Below are positions 1-13,689 of a DNA stretch of 64,000 bases, in pieces. Source of the stretch: Octopus sinensis (lineage: Eukaryota); assembly GCF_006345805.1 (NCBI RefSeq), contig NC_043011.1:54572464-54636463 (forward strand), in the 5' to 3' direction. A program made the position numbers and the translations under genes. The notes below the pieces were generated by a model. The model searched no databases. It worked only from the letters and a program-made list of their open reading frames with translations, and was not told the DNA's origin. Within the stretch, counting starts at the first letter, position 1, and the number at the start of each line of letters is the position of its first letter.

Positions 1-70
1 TCAAATCGTCCAACCCATGCTAGCATGGAACACAGATGTTAAACGATGATGATGATGATGATGATGACGA
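1..70 (+). mobile_element. 3' end of SINE family E with (GAT)n tail
   Basis: ccaacccatgctagcatgg...gttaaacgatgatgatg. The same 3' end recurs near 12420-12472, 13085-13145, 26450-26490 and 33943-33996. Confidence 0.75.
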
Positions 71-76
71 CAATGG

Positions 77-505
77 ACGGACAGGTGTCCTCACCTTGAA
101 TGGATAGGTGTCCTCACCTTGGACACACAGGTGTCCTCACCTTGGACAGACAGGTGTCCTCACTTTGGACAGACAGGCGTCCTCCCCTTAGGCAGATAGG
201 TGTCCTCATCTTGGACAGGCAGGTGCCCTCACCTTGGAAAGGCGGGTGCCCTCACCTTGGAAAGGCGGGTGCCCTCACCTTGGAAAGGCGGGTGCTCTCA
301 CCTTGGAAAGGCAGGTGCCCTCACCTTGGAAAGGCAGGTGCCCTCACCTTGAATGGTCAGGAGTCCTCACCAACAGACAGGTGTCCTCACTGACAGATGG
401 TGTCTTCACCTTGAACAGACAGGTGCCCTCACTTTGAACAGACAGGTGCCCTCACCTTGAACAGACAGATGTCCTCACCTTGAACAGACAGATGTCCTCA
501 CCTTG
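77..505. repeat. ~20-bp minisatellite, ~21 copies (acaggtgtcctcaccttgga)
   Basis: Unit visible directly. It explains ORFs 100..393 and 234..437. Confidence 0.95.
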
Positions 506-588
506 TCTGCTGTTATCACAACTTCTGTTCACTCTTGACATGGATGTCAAGAGTGAACAGAAGTTGTGATAATAACAAACAAGGTAAG
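497..588. repeat. Fold-back inverted repeat with 29-bp perfect arms and 2-nt loop
   Basis: 513-541 ttatcacaacttctgttcactcttgacat is the exact reverse complement of 544-572. Imperfect pairing extends to 497/588. Confidence 0.95.
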
Positions 589-657
589 AACACCTTTCCA
601 TGCATTGTAAATAATGTACATAATTCCTCATCACAAAAACATAGACTAGTATTATTT

Positions 658-1084
658 CAATGATTTAGTTTCATTAAAAATATTAATGTTTCACATTTAT
701 CATGTACAGCATTATACAGCAACTTCATGATTCTCTCATCTTTATTTTGGTATGTAAAGCCCTGCTTTGCTGAGGAGGTCTAATAAGATTGGAACATGTG
801 TCTAAATTTGTCTTTTGTACTTGCATTGCTCAGTCCAGGAATCAAAACCACAATCTTGTGATCACGAGTCAGACACCCTAACCACTATGCCATGTGCCTC
901 CACAAGAAATAATTAACCTCAATGATTTAGTTTCATTAAAAATATTCATATTTCACATATATCATGTACAGTATCATACAGCAACTTCAGGATTCGCTCA
1001 TCTTTATTTAGGTATGTAAAGTCCTGTTTTGCTGAGGAGGTCTAATAAGATCGGAACGTGTCTGGATTTGTCCCTTGTACTTGC
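658..1084. repeat. ~165-bp diverged direct duplication separated by a SINE head fragment
   Basis: 658-823 matches 920-1084 (caatgatttagtttcattaaaaatatt...tgtacttgc). 826-903 is a minus-strand tRNA-like SINE head. Confidence 0.9.
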
Positions 1085-1824
1085 TGAAATAATTAAAATG
1101 ATATTGGTTATTAAGTTAAAATTATTTCTTGTAGACCACATAATTATTTCGTCTTAAATCTTTGATGGTCGTTATATCAAATATATTTAACATTAAAATT
1201 ACATTTAGTTTCCCGTTGTTGCTACGTAAAATTCCACCAGAAGCGGCTGGAAGTATCATTACAGCAGGGCTTAAGAGAGGGAGAGAGAGAGTTCGACAAA
1301 TATCAATGATTAAAGATTGACAGTTCCATGAATGAAAGCAGACGGTCTATGGACATGCAGAGATGATACGGACAGTCTACAGTCATATAGACAGACAAAG
1401 ACAGATAGACATATCGACAGAAAGGCAGATAGGCTATAAACAAACTACAGCCATGCAGAAACAGCCAAACACAGTGTTTAGACATGCAACGATAGAAGTC
1501 TACAAGCAGTTTCCAATCAGACAGACAGACAGACAGTCTGTAGACCTGCAGAGACAGACAGACAGTCTAAAGACCTGCAGATAGACAAATATCAGCAGTA
1601 ATTAATAACAGCAGTGGGGAAAAGAAGAGGGATCGAAGGGTGGAGTGGATGGATGGGTTATTGTATTCATTGAGTGACGGTGTGGCGTACAGAAGAAACG
1701 AAGGGCAAAAATAAACGAAATATCAAATACATCGTTGGTAAACGGAATGGCTAAATTATGTACCGGCGGGAATGATCTCATTGTTTGGATAAAGGAACGA
1801 TTATTGTAATAAAAACATAGGAGG

Positions 1825-2267
1825 TGCAGCAGGAGTAAGGATTACATTGGCTGGGCAAAGCAAAGATGGCAAGGATATCGTCAGTGAGTAAAGCAACAAA
1901 AGTAAGGAACGTGTCGATAGAGCAACAATGATAAGGATCGCGTGAGTGGATGGAGCAACAATGGTAAGGATTACGTTGATGGGTGAAGTAACAACGGTAA
2001 GGATCACGTTGGTGAAGGAGGAACAATGGTAAGGGTTACGTTAATGGGTGGAGCAACACTGGTAAGGATTACGTTGATGGGTGGAGCAACAATGGTAAGG
2101 ATTACGTTGGCGGACAGAGCAACAATGATAAGGGTCATGTTGGTTAATGGAGGAACAATAGTTAAGGACACAGTAAATGTGTGAAGCAATATTGATAAGG
2201 ATCACATTGATGAATGATGCAGAAATAGTAATGATCACATTAGCAAGATGGGCAAGGATAGACATTG
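1825..2267. repeat. 33-bp minisatellite (ggagcaacaatggtaaggattacgttgatgggt), diverged
   Basis: Roughly 13 units with indels. It generates the HQRNPYHCCST-type ORFs on the minus strand. Confidence 0.9.
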
Positions 2268-3702
2268 ATTATTCCAGCAGCAGCTGAGGAGAGAAACTTT
2301 AATAAAACACGTTATCCAGTGAGACAAAATCTGAGAAAGGAGATGTGTGTGTAAAAGTTGTAATAACTATTTTAATGGGTGGGAGCACGGGCTGAAATAA
2401 ACTGAAGGGGGGAGGAGGAATAAATATTGTAATAACCTGAAGGGGAGGAGGAGAAAATAGATTGTAATAATCTGAAGAGGAAGGTACAAAGACTGTAAGG
2501 TGGGTGGAGGTACATCAACAAACACAATAACAAAATGATAGGATTAACCAGGTTTAAAATAACATAATTAGGATATATCAGGTACAGTGGCACCTTGGGT
2601 AGGAGTCTTCTTTTCACTCACAATGTCTCGGAAATGAATTTGAGAGATGGAAAATGTATGAAACCCGAAGCGTAGGTATATAGGTGTGTAGAGGTATTCC
2701 ATGGCTTCGCTCGAGCGAAAAGGCAATCATGTTTACACTCCTTGCAAACATTACGTCCAATCGCTCTGCGCTTTCGAAGACCTGTGGAATAACCAGTCCT
2801 TGCTTGAGAAAACAGGGTTTGGCGACAGGAAGAGCATTCGGTCGTTAAATAATACCTCAACGAATCCTTGTTGAACCCATGGAAAGACAGATATGTTGGA
2901 CAAACAAACGAATGTAATATATACTCGAATAAATTCACAATTTATACATGTACACATTGCATACACACATAAATATGTGTTTTTATATTTGTATATATAT
3001 GTTAAGTGCACGCTTATTAGATGTATACTTGAATATATATATATGGCTGCCTCTAGATTCACGGCGAGGATGAGAAGAGGAGAAAAGCTCCTCGTGGATA
3101 TGACGCTTGTCAACTGCAAGACTTCACTGCTGTCCGTCCAAACATCGGTAAAATTACAGAGTTTACCCAAACATCTCCGTGAACCAAGATAGAAAAGGCC
3201 CTACCCAGAAACACAGGAGTGCGCTGGCTACAGGTTTGAAACTACAATCTTGGGAGTTGATAGTTTCGATACGTCAGTCACCCGGCCATTTCGAATTTAT
3301 TTCTGTCTGGCTGAGTGAGGACATGCAATGTTTAGGGGCGACACCCTTCCTCGAAATACATAATCACTAAATAAAAGAAAAGGGGGGGGGAGCCTAAGTG
3401 CGCACGCACATGCATGACTGCGTGCTCACGTTCATACATGTGTGTATATGCATGATACATACATATGTGCATCATGAATATGCACGCCACACACGCATTT
3501 GTTATTCGGATTTATATATACGCACTTAAATTCACATCTACATACGAATATATTTGCATACATACATGTACTTATGTTTATACAATGCAAACACACACAC
3601 ACACTTGTAGACCGTACCGAAGCAGGTATTCACAGAGAGAGACACACAAACACACACATTGACAAATACGTGCATCCACTGACACACACACACAAATACG
3701 TG

Positions 3703-3764
<62 letters not shown>

Positions 3765-4096
3765 ATCTGTGAGAGTATGTTTGAGAGAAATGAGAGCGAC
3801 CGGCATAGTGACTTCAGAAAAACTACTCCATACATAAACAAGACATTTACTATGGCAAAAATTTTACCACTGCACTATTACATAACACGCAGTACATATA
3901 TTTATAAACACACCCAAAATGTATGACAATATATATACACTTGCATATGGTGCGTTGTCCACCAAATCCAATGACCACACTCACAACATATACCATAAAC
4001 GCATAACATTACACACTCACAGATATATATACATACATACATACATATACACGCACTTGCAAACATAAATATACGCTCTCAAACACACACACACAT

Positions 4097-4137
<41 letters not shown>

Positions 4138-4516
4138 GTATGCAGGAATATGTGTATATTATATAACGTTGTCTACTAATAGTGTAACGAAAACCTCTGA
4201 GAAAAATGATAACGCGAAAACATACAGGGAAGTCCAACAGGAAATATATTATTTAGTGAATTTATTATGGTATATATATTATCACAAGAGATCGGAAGAA
4301 ACTGTGTGTGTGTATCCACATATACACACACATACAGTGAGGAGGTGAAGGGGCAACGAGTGTTGTAATAACTTAAGAAGGAAAGGAGGAACCTCGACAA
4401 TTATATTCCTAATTGCTGACATTAACACGGATACCTGCACGAAACTAGAGTACGCACTATAACCACATATACATATATGTATATGGGATTATATATACAT
4501 ACATATATATAAATAA

Positions 4517-4558
<42 letters not shown>

Positions 4559-5416
4559 GACAGAGAGAAAGAGAAATATACACACATGTATAAATAGATA
4601 TATACAAATATATAGAATATGTATATATATGTATAATATCAAGTTAATTAGTCAAACAGTAATAAAAATTAAGATGCTAAAGAACTTACATCCTCGAAAA
4701 TGGATCCAACGTTGGCGCTAACAAGTAAAATCCGTGTTAAACCGTTGTCTCCCATACTTGGTGGAGTGTTTTGGTATGATTGTTGGTGTAGTAGAATTTC
4801 CTTAGGTAGTGCACACTAGAATGGCACTACGGTGTCTAGCAATCACAGCAGCAAGTCTATAGAGAAATATAGACATCATCTACGTCTATACATTTATTAT
4901 TATATACATATTATATATTTCATAAAGAGAAGGGATTTATATATATATAAGAGATATATATCTTAGACGGAGCAATTTACAAGGAGAGAGAGCGATTCAC
5001 CGCTGAAGTGTTGTGGTCAGTGTTGCGTCAAACAACATTTAGACAAAACCTACATATAAATAAAGATATATATTCGGCAGGATATTCATACACACTTGTT
5101 TACACCTCGTAGACATAGATAAATATTTATACAAATATCAATATTGTATTTTTATAGCACAGTGGGAATTGTGAGTGCGGGGCTGGGAGGGGTGGAAGAT
5201 GAGGTGTTGAAAAGCCACCTTCACACGTGTGCACACACGCACCGACCATACAGAGTCGCTGATTTGCTCGAGGTACCCGACTGTGAATGTCTCTCATCAG
5301 CCTCTGCAAATCTGATTGTATGTGTGTGTATATGTGCTCTCTAATATACATAAACTGTCGTAATATTTAACGAGAACGTGACTTTAAAAACATACAGTTT
5401 ACATACATACATACAT

Positions 5417-5452
<36 letters not shown>

Positions 5453-6342
5453 AATATTATATATTACATGTACACACTTTATTTCTGTTTTTCAGTCAAG
5501 GGGTGATGTAGTTTCAAGTTGTACTTGAACAAGCGATTTTTTAACTTTACAGGGAAACCTACTAAACTCTACAAAGCATCGATGACTGAAGTAAAGAAAC
5601 CCTCCCAAAACAGTTCCACTTTTGGTAGTCGCTGGTGCGAGTGTGTCTGTGTGTGTGTCTGTGTGTGGCACAAGAGGCTGTTTATAGATGTAAATAAATA
5701 TGTGTGTGTGTATGAGTATGTGTATATGTATATAAATATATAATTATATTCCTCACTAGCGGAACCAAACTTGTTTGAAATAATGGTAAATAGTATCCTC
5801 TTGGGTTTTTAGCAGTCCATTCCGTCCGTATTTCGGTAGAACCGTGTGTTCTTTATATTCAAAACAGTGTTTTTAAAGACGACCAACATCGAATTTGCTT
5901 TCACACAAACAAAATATCGACATACATATTCAACACCCTACACATACATACTCATATATATATAAATATATATGTGTGTGTGTATATATATGTATATATA
6001 TGTGTGTGTGTAGTATAAATAGTCGTCTCTGAGAGACTAGTTCACTTTTGTTATTAACAATTCAAAGCAAATATTTGTTGATGTTGTTCAATAATAATAA
6101 TAATTCAAGTTTGCTGTTAATGTTAATGTTGTTGTTGGATTTGGTGTTGGTGTTCTTGTTGTTGTCGTCGTCGATTTAGATGGGAAACAAACGGCGATCC
6201 CACATCTCGACTCTTTCAGACCAGTCCGTTCCTTCTTCCCTTGAACTCCTATCATTGCACAAGAAACACTTCGCTGTGAGTCTCAGAGCGAGGAGAAGGA
6301 GGAGGAGGAAGAAAAAGAAGATGAAGGAAACACAGTCGCTTT

Positions 6343-6376
<34 letters not shown>

Positions 6377-6879
6377 CTCATCTGTCTATATCGATCTGTT
6401 TATCTATTTAGCTATCTATCTACTACTTATCTGCCTGCCTGTCTGTCTATCTATCTATTATCTTACCTATCTGTCACTATAGCTATCAATACGTGTGTAT
6501 CTCTCTTCCTCTTTACATTTTTCTCTTTATTTTGACACTCCTAGCCCTACCTCGCCAAATATCCTTTCTTCCCATAAAGTAACGGCCTGAAAAAAAAAAG
6601 GCTACGGGCCAAGCTCCCTCACCTCATCATTCCTTTAATACCAACAAAGATATATCTCTCTCTCTCTCTCTCTCAATGGACATACACACGTACGTACGTG
6701 TTTTTATAAACACCTGTTAACCAATCTGGTTATTCATATTCCACTTTTCACATACACACACACGTACTCATATACTGACTCTCTCTCTCTCTCTCTCTCT
6801 CTCACTCTACACACACACACACACATACATAATGACTAATGTATTCAACTATATATCTATCATTTTCTTCTCTCTCTTT

Positions 6880-6918
<39 letters not shown>

Positions 6919-7840
6919 TATGCATAAAGACAATAAGAATGGAGTGAGCAAGTCTTTTTAATACATCAATTGACAATTTAATACACAAATGAAATTATGT
7001 GTGTGCCAGTGTGTGTGTGTGTGTGTGTGTATGCGTGTGTGTGTGCCTGTGTGTGTGTGTGCCTCTGTGTGTGTGTGTGTGCCTCTGTGTGTGTGTGTGT
7101 GCTTCTGTGTGTGTGTGTGTGTGTGACTTCAGTTCTGAGAGAGTTAAACGTAATACTCAATGGTTCGCACCACCGCCACCATCATCACCACCAGCCCCAT
7201 GATATTCCATTTATTTATATTTCTTAAACGCATAACACAACAAGCAGATCAATCGATTCCTCTCCATCCATCCATCCATTGTATCAATGGGAACGAACGG
7301 GAACACATCCTCAGAGGGTTGCCAGCAGTTGTGACGGGGAACAGCTTCAACGCCACAACCTCTCTCTCTCTTCTCCCCCGAGTACTGCCTTTAAGTGTCA
7401 CGCCTATCTCCCGCACGTGTGTGTACAAACGGGGGGGGGGAAGAGGAACAGAGTGAGAGAGAGAGAGAGACGGAGAGACAGAGAGGAAAAGAGAGAAAGA
7501 GGGAGTAAATGTGTTAATTGGTATCCTCTTACTACACCTCATCACGTCTGCACCCTTCATTATTCTCCCCCAACGCCACCTTTCTCTCTCTCTCTTTCTC
7601 TCCTCTCTTCTGTATTTCATTCGCATTTCCTTCTCCTCCTCCTCCTCCACCACCTTTCTACATACGTGCGTACATACATACATACATTGCAATTTAATAT
7701 ACATGCAAGGATATACATGCAGTATACACTCGGAAGTATGAATATCCTAATACAATTTTATCCTATATGCATCTAATATATACACATATATATATATATA
7801 TATATATATATTCATATGTATGTATATATGTATATGCGCG

Positions 7841-7881
<41 letters not shown>

Positions 7882-8214
7882 TATATATATATTTACATAT
7901 GTATGTGTGTGCGCGCGCACTATGCAACACCATACTTTGTATTGATTTATCTATTATTCACTCTATCTCTCCTTCTCCTATTCTCTTCCTTTCTCTCCTT
8001 ATCACTCTCTTACTCTGTCTCTCTCTCTCTCTCTCTATCTCTCCCTCTCCTATTCTCTTCCTTTCTCTCCTTCTCACTCTTACTCACTCACTCTGTCTCT
8101 GTCTCTCTCTACCTATCTATCTATCTATCTGTCTATCTCTCCCTCTTTCTTCATATTTCCTTGATCGACCTCTTCCACACATTTCGTTTCTCCTCTCTCC
8201 GACCGACCTCTACG

Positions 8215-9010
8215 TAAGTCGCCCGACTCGCTAGAAATAGCGACCAGATTTCCTCTTTCGAATCACTTCCACCACTCCTTGCCGCCTTGAAAAAATAAGG
8301 AACAACAAGACCAAGACATTATTAGATAACGCAGATCTTAGACATCACTAAAAAGACAAATTCCATGTCATGGCCGGAGTGTCTTTGAATCATAATTCTG
8401 CCCACAAATAAAGCAACCTAGGATAAAACAACATCAATTGAGTCTCTTCCTCTCTTCCTCTCTTTCTCTCCCCCCCATCACTCTCTCTCTCTATCGCTCT
8501 ACAATATTATATTTCTTACTACTCCTCCTCTTTCACCTCCTACTTCCATTATTCTACCTTAATCTCAATATGGCGTCTGCCGTTGATTCAGTTTTACCTC
8601 ACCCCCCCGCTCTTCTCATTCACACACACACACACAATATACATATATACATATATAGTTACGTGTACACACACACACACACACATATTTACACATACAT
8701 ACACAAATATAGACTCATACATACAGACGTAACGATATATACACACGCATTCACTTCATCTTCGACTCCACACTTCCCGTCTTCTTCTTTCATTTCCTAA
8801 TGCTATTTAACCCCAGGTTAGACCTGACTGAGCCGATCCTTGGCTAACGACATTCCAGCCGTGACTATCCACTCCTTTTTTAGAGATAGAACTACACTAA
8901 CCAGACCAGTGTGGTGTCCTTTCCTTTACTTTTAAGACAGTAAAACGATTTCAGACAGATTTAGCTGTTATTTTTAGTTGAGTCGGGTGACCACCTACAG
9001 GCTCCTTCGT
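8215..9010. mobile_element. Two oppositely oriented, diverged copies of a short interspersed repeat
   Basis: 8215-8435 (+) gtcgcccgactcgctagaaatagc... and 8805-9010 (-) ...gagtcgggtgaccacctac. A third copy lies near 31285-31400. Confidence 0.6.
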
Positions 9011-9094
9011 TATCTCATCTTTCAATAGTGAGTATAAGTGAGTATATATGTATGTGTATTTCTGTGCGTGTATATACATATATATACATGTGTG

Positions 9095-9460
9095 TGTGTG
9101 TGTCCGTGCGTATGTATGCGAGTACGTACGCTTATGTGTGTGTACGTACGTGTGTATGTTTCAGTGTACGTATATCTGTGTGTGTGTGTGAGTACGTACG
9201 CGCGCGTGTGTGTGCGTCCGTGAGTATGTATGCGAGTACGTACGTTTATGTGTGTGTGTACGTACGTGTGAATGTTTCAGTGTACGTATATCTGTGTGTG
9301 TGAGTACGTACGCGCGCGTGTGTGTGTGTGCGTCCGTGAGTATGTATGCGAGTACGTACGTTTATGTGTGTGTGTACGTACGTGCGTATGTTTCAGTGTA
9401 CGTATATGTCTGTGTGTATGAGTACGTACGCTCCGCGTGTGCGTGTGTACGTACGTGCTA
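9095..9460. repeat. ~115-bp higher-order repeat built from GT/GTAC microsatellite
   Basis: gcgagtacgtacg recurs at about 9118, 9232 and 9348, with tttcagtgtacgtata at the same period. Confidence 0.85.
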
Positions 9461-10074
9461 GAGTATGCACGTGTTTGGGAGTATGTGTGTGTATATGTAT
9501 GTCCATTCGGGTTCTGTTGTATTGTCTGTCGTTCTATAAAAACTAATTTCTCCTCTCATTCTTCATATTACGACATTTTCGTCTACTTTCACCCTTCGTT
9601 CTTCTGTTTGACATTTCTGTTCCTTCTTTTTTTCTTTTTTCTATTTTCTTTTCCCCCTCTCAGCTATTTCTTTCAATTTATTCCTTCCTAATTTCTTCCT
9701 TCCTTCCTGTCTTTCTAAAATAGCTTCATTTTTAAGTTATCTCTTCGTTTATTTTCTGTTATTTCGTTGTATATTCGCATCAATTCACCACACACACACA
9801 CACACAGCCATAACGACGAAAATCCTATTCTGGCCTGGTATTTGTCATATTCTCCTCGATTATAAATTAACTGGAACTTGCTCCTGACTATACATACATA
9901 TATACATCCATACATTGGCAAGAAATCTTGAAATAAAACCGAACAATGACATACATACATACATACATACATACATACATACATACACATATAGATATAC
10001 ATATCTATGTGTTTGCATGTGTGTATATATATATACATATATGCGTATGTATATATATATATATACATATATGC

Positions 10075-10113
<39 letters not shown>

Positions 10114-10967
10114 TGCGTATATATATATATATATATTATATATATATATACATACGCACATATTATATACATATATATACTTTATTTTAAGCAGCAGAAA
10201 ATTCAACAAAATCTGTTACTCTGAGTTTCTCGTTGCCGTTCATCAGACAGTTTTTGCTAGAATGGAACTTATATATATATATGTATCTATCTATCTATAC
10301 CTATCCATCTAACTATATCTATCTATCTATCTATATATATATATATTATATATATATATATATATACGCATGCACACACACACACACACATACACACATA
10401 GTAACCCTGTGCATAGATCGTTTATGTGGTGATCGAATGTGATGACCAGATCCAAATTAACTTCGCTTCGAGCACCGCTGTCTCACAAGTACCAAGGTAC
10501 TGCAGTACTGGCTGGTGCTGCAATTGACTATGGACCGGTTACCGATTCTGTTGTGATCTGTCCAACAAAGAGCTCGATCATCAAACACTACCTCCATCTA
10601 CCATTGCAGGAAAATCAACTTTACAGACTGGAATAAGGTTAGGTTATTATCAAAGATCATCCATCTACCCAGAGCTGCTTAGTAACCCTTCCTCATGCAG
10701 GTTTTAATAGGAGACAGTCTTGGAAATAAACCAGATGTAGCTTTGTCTACATGACTCTGCCCTAGGTTACAAGGACCTGCCTATAAAAAGAGAGGTGGGG
10801 AAGGAAATGCATGTTAGACATTAGAAAAATCTTGCATCTTTTTATTGTTCCTCTTACAAATTGTATTTGCAACGGTTGTGTTAACTGGTGACTTTCTTTG
10901 CCTGAAAATCCTATCTTTTCCAAATTGTCACGTAGACATTTACTAACATAATCACATGCACTTGTAA

Positions 10968-11351
10968 TCTCTCTATATATAAAGCTGAAGTTGTCTGTGT
11001 GTGGCAGGTTTGGTAGCCTTCAACTAACGCTATCTCCTCCGAGACCCTGCAGCGCAAATTGACCAAAATTGAGTGTATGATAGAAGAAGGCTTGCTCTTC
11101 CTTCCATAGAAGGAAAAATTCAAATGTTAACACCAAAAATTATTTACATCAAAAAGGTGCATTTTTTTTATGAAAATCCATATTTTTTACGATTTTTTGA
11201 CTGCTGTGTCGCCATATTTCGGTGTATTTCAACCAGAAAAATGTTCACTTAAAGAGAATAACAAGCTACATAATGCAAAATTTTTACTTTTCAAAAATTC
11301 CAATTCTAAAGGGTCGAAACAAACCCAAGCAACGCCGGGCGATACTGCTAG
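10968..11351 (+). mobile_element. Non-autonomous Helitron-like element
   Basis: 5' TC, 3' CTAG, subterminal hairpin cccaagcaacgccggg, inserted between A and T. A near-identical copy lies at 59132-59529 (-). Confidence 0.75.
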
Positions 11352-11849
11352 TTATTGGTATAAATTTGAATTTATAATCAGGTCTGAGAAGCCACAGGTT
11401 TTGAAGCAGTTGTCGGTTTCTCTGTATTGTTGATCTGCAAAGAAATGTTCACATCTATAGAGTAGTCAACTTCTATAGCTGAACATGACTTTTTTGCTGT
11501 CCCAGACAACTGTATGAGACCTGTTATGTTTACACTTGGAAGAGGCCTTGATGGGAATATTTTTCCAATATTCTTTTGAGCTCACTTATCTGCATGTCAT
11601 CCTTAGCAGACATGGTTATATTTATTCCAAGATAGTCTTTTTTCAAATGACACCAGTGTATTGTCTCAGCAACGACATCATGTTACAATGGCATGGAGTA
11701 CATTGATAATATTTTTGGGTAGTTGCTGATCAACCACATATAAATTATCCTCAAATGTATCGCATAGTCAATATATTCAGTTGTATCATGGCAGTTTATC
11801 CCTGTAGCATATAAACTGACCAGAACGTTAATAAAACTCACAATTCGAG

Positions 11850-12472
11850 CATGGCCATTGCCAGTGCTACCTGTCCGGCTCTTATGCCGGTGGCATGTAA
11901 AAAGCACCATTCGAGTGTGGGTCATTGGCAGTGCCACCTGACTGGCTCCTGTGCCAGAGCCATGTAAAAGGCACCATTCAAGCATGGGTTGTTGCTAGAG
12001 CCACCTGACTGGCTCCTATGCCGGTGGCATGTAAAAAGCACCATTTAAGTGTGGGTCATTGCCAGTGCTACCTGTCCAGCTCCTGTGCTGGTGGCACATT
12101 AAAAGCACCATTCAAGCGTGGGTTGTTGCTAGTGCCACCTAATTGGCTCCTGTGCTGGTGGCACGTAAAAAGCACGATTTGAGCATGGGTCATTGCTAGT
12201 GCCACCTGACTGGCTCCCATGCCAGTGGCACATAAAAAGCACTATTCAAGCTGGTCAATGCCAGTACCGCCTGACTGGCCCTCATGCCGGTGGCACGTAA
12301 AAAGCACCCACTACACTCTCGGAGTGGTTGGCGTTAGGAAGGGCATCCAGCTGTAGAAACACTGCCAGATCAGACTGGATCCTGGTGCAGCCTTCTGGCT
12401 TGCCAGCCCTCAGTCAAACCGTCCAACCCATGCCAGCATAGAAAGCAGACATTAAAAGATGATGATGATGAT
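11850..12472 (+). mobile_element. SINE family E with seven tandem 67-bp internal units
   Basis: Units start at about 11854, 11920, 11987, 12054, 12121, 12188 and 12253, followed by the family-E 3' end and (GAT)n tail. Confidence 0.85.
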
Positions 12473-12479
12473 AACATTC

Positions 12480-13650
12480 AACATGGTTTATGTTCAGAAT
12501 AGACACACCTGGCCTCTCACACCTTCCCTACAATGTCATTCTAAAAACACACGACCACATGATTGAAATTTTGAAGCTACAAGATAATCCAAGATTAACT
12601 CAAAACAATGTACATTAGCTTTGACAGAATAATCTGAATACTAAGGGATTAAACTGACTATATCATTCTACCTGTTTTATGTTCAAACCAGCCTCTCACA
12701 CCTACCCTACAATGTCATTCTGAAAATAATCATGTCATTGAAATCTCACAGCTACAAGATAATGCATGATCAAATTAAACAATGAGAATAAATAAACATT
12801 ACATTTGACAAAGTAAACTGAATGCTAAAGGATTAAGGGCTTTACTATCTCTTTGCTTAAGATATTCTGTAGCTATCTCCTGCTCTTGGACTGCAAAAGC
12901 ATAACTTTCTAGGTTCGATGTAATGCAATGGTCACAAGTCCAAGAGAGGCTGTTCTTCCTGTTAATATGGCCACTCTCTTTAACCTTTAAGCATTCAGAT
13001 TATTTTATCAAATGTAATGCTTATCTATTCACTTAGCTTTTAATTAATCATGCCTTTTCTTGTAACTTAGAGATATCAATGATGTCATCATCATCATCAT
13101 CATCATTGTTTAATGTCCGTTTTCCATACTAGCATGGGTTGGACGGTTCGTCCAGAGTCTGGGAAGCCAGGAGGCTGCACCAGACTCCAGTCTGATCTGG
13201 CAGTATTTCTACAGTTGGATGCCCTTCTTAACGCCAACCACTCTGTGAGTGTAGTGGGTGCTTTTTGTGCGCCACCTGCACAGGGGCCAGAGGAGGCTGG
13301 CAAATGGCCATGATCAGTTGGTGCTTTTACGTGTCACCGACACGGGTATCTTAACTACAATTTCCATTTGATTTTTATTTTGATGTTGGTGTTAACATAC
13401 TTGACTCCATAGGTCTACTCAAGAACAGCAGGTCACTCTACGATCCAAGGTTAGCACAGCAGGCCGTCCTGCAAGCCATGAACTCACTTCATTTGTCAGG
13501 TCTTCACAGTCACAGCATATCTCCAGAGGTCTCGGTCTAAGTCATGATTGTTTATTTTTGGAATGACCTTATAAGTTAATTGTGAGAGGCCAGGTCTGGT
13601 TGCTTTGAAGATAAAACAAGTAGGACATTTTGCCTGGATATGGCCTGTTT
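12480..13650. mobile_element. Cluster of TTAA-bounded MITE copies (piggyBac-like ends), one interrupted by SINE E (13085-13540, -)
   Basis: ttaacctttaagcattcaga / ctgaatgctaaaggattaa ends. Homologues lie at 21140-21345 and 57040-57243. Confidence 0.6.
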
Positions 13651-13689
13651 AACTTGTTAACCACAATGACCTGTTTGACTTGTTAGTGG

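Noticed and set aside
77-505. CRISPR-like regular repeat
   Set aside because: Units are contiguous with no unique spacers, the context is eukaryotic, and no cas genes are present.
1778-2265. His/Cys-rich repeat protein (HQRNPYHCCST)n
   Set aside because: It comes from a 33-bp minisatellite. Indels and stops break every frame.
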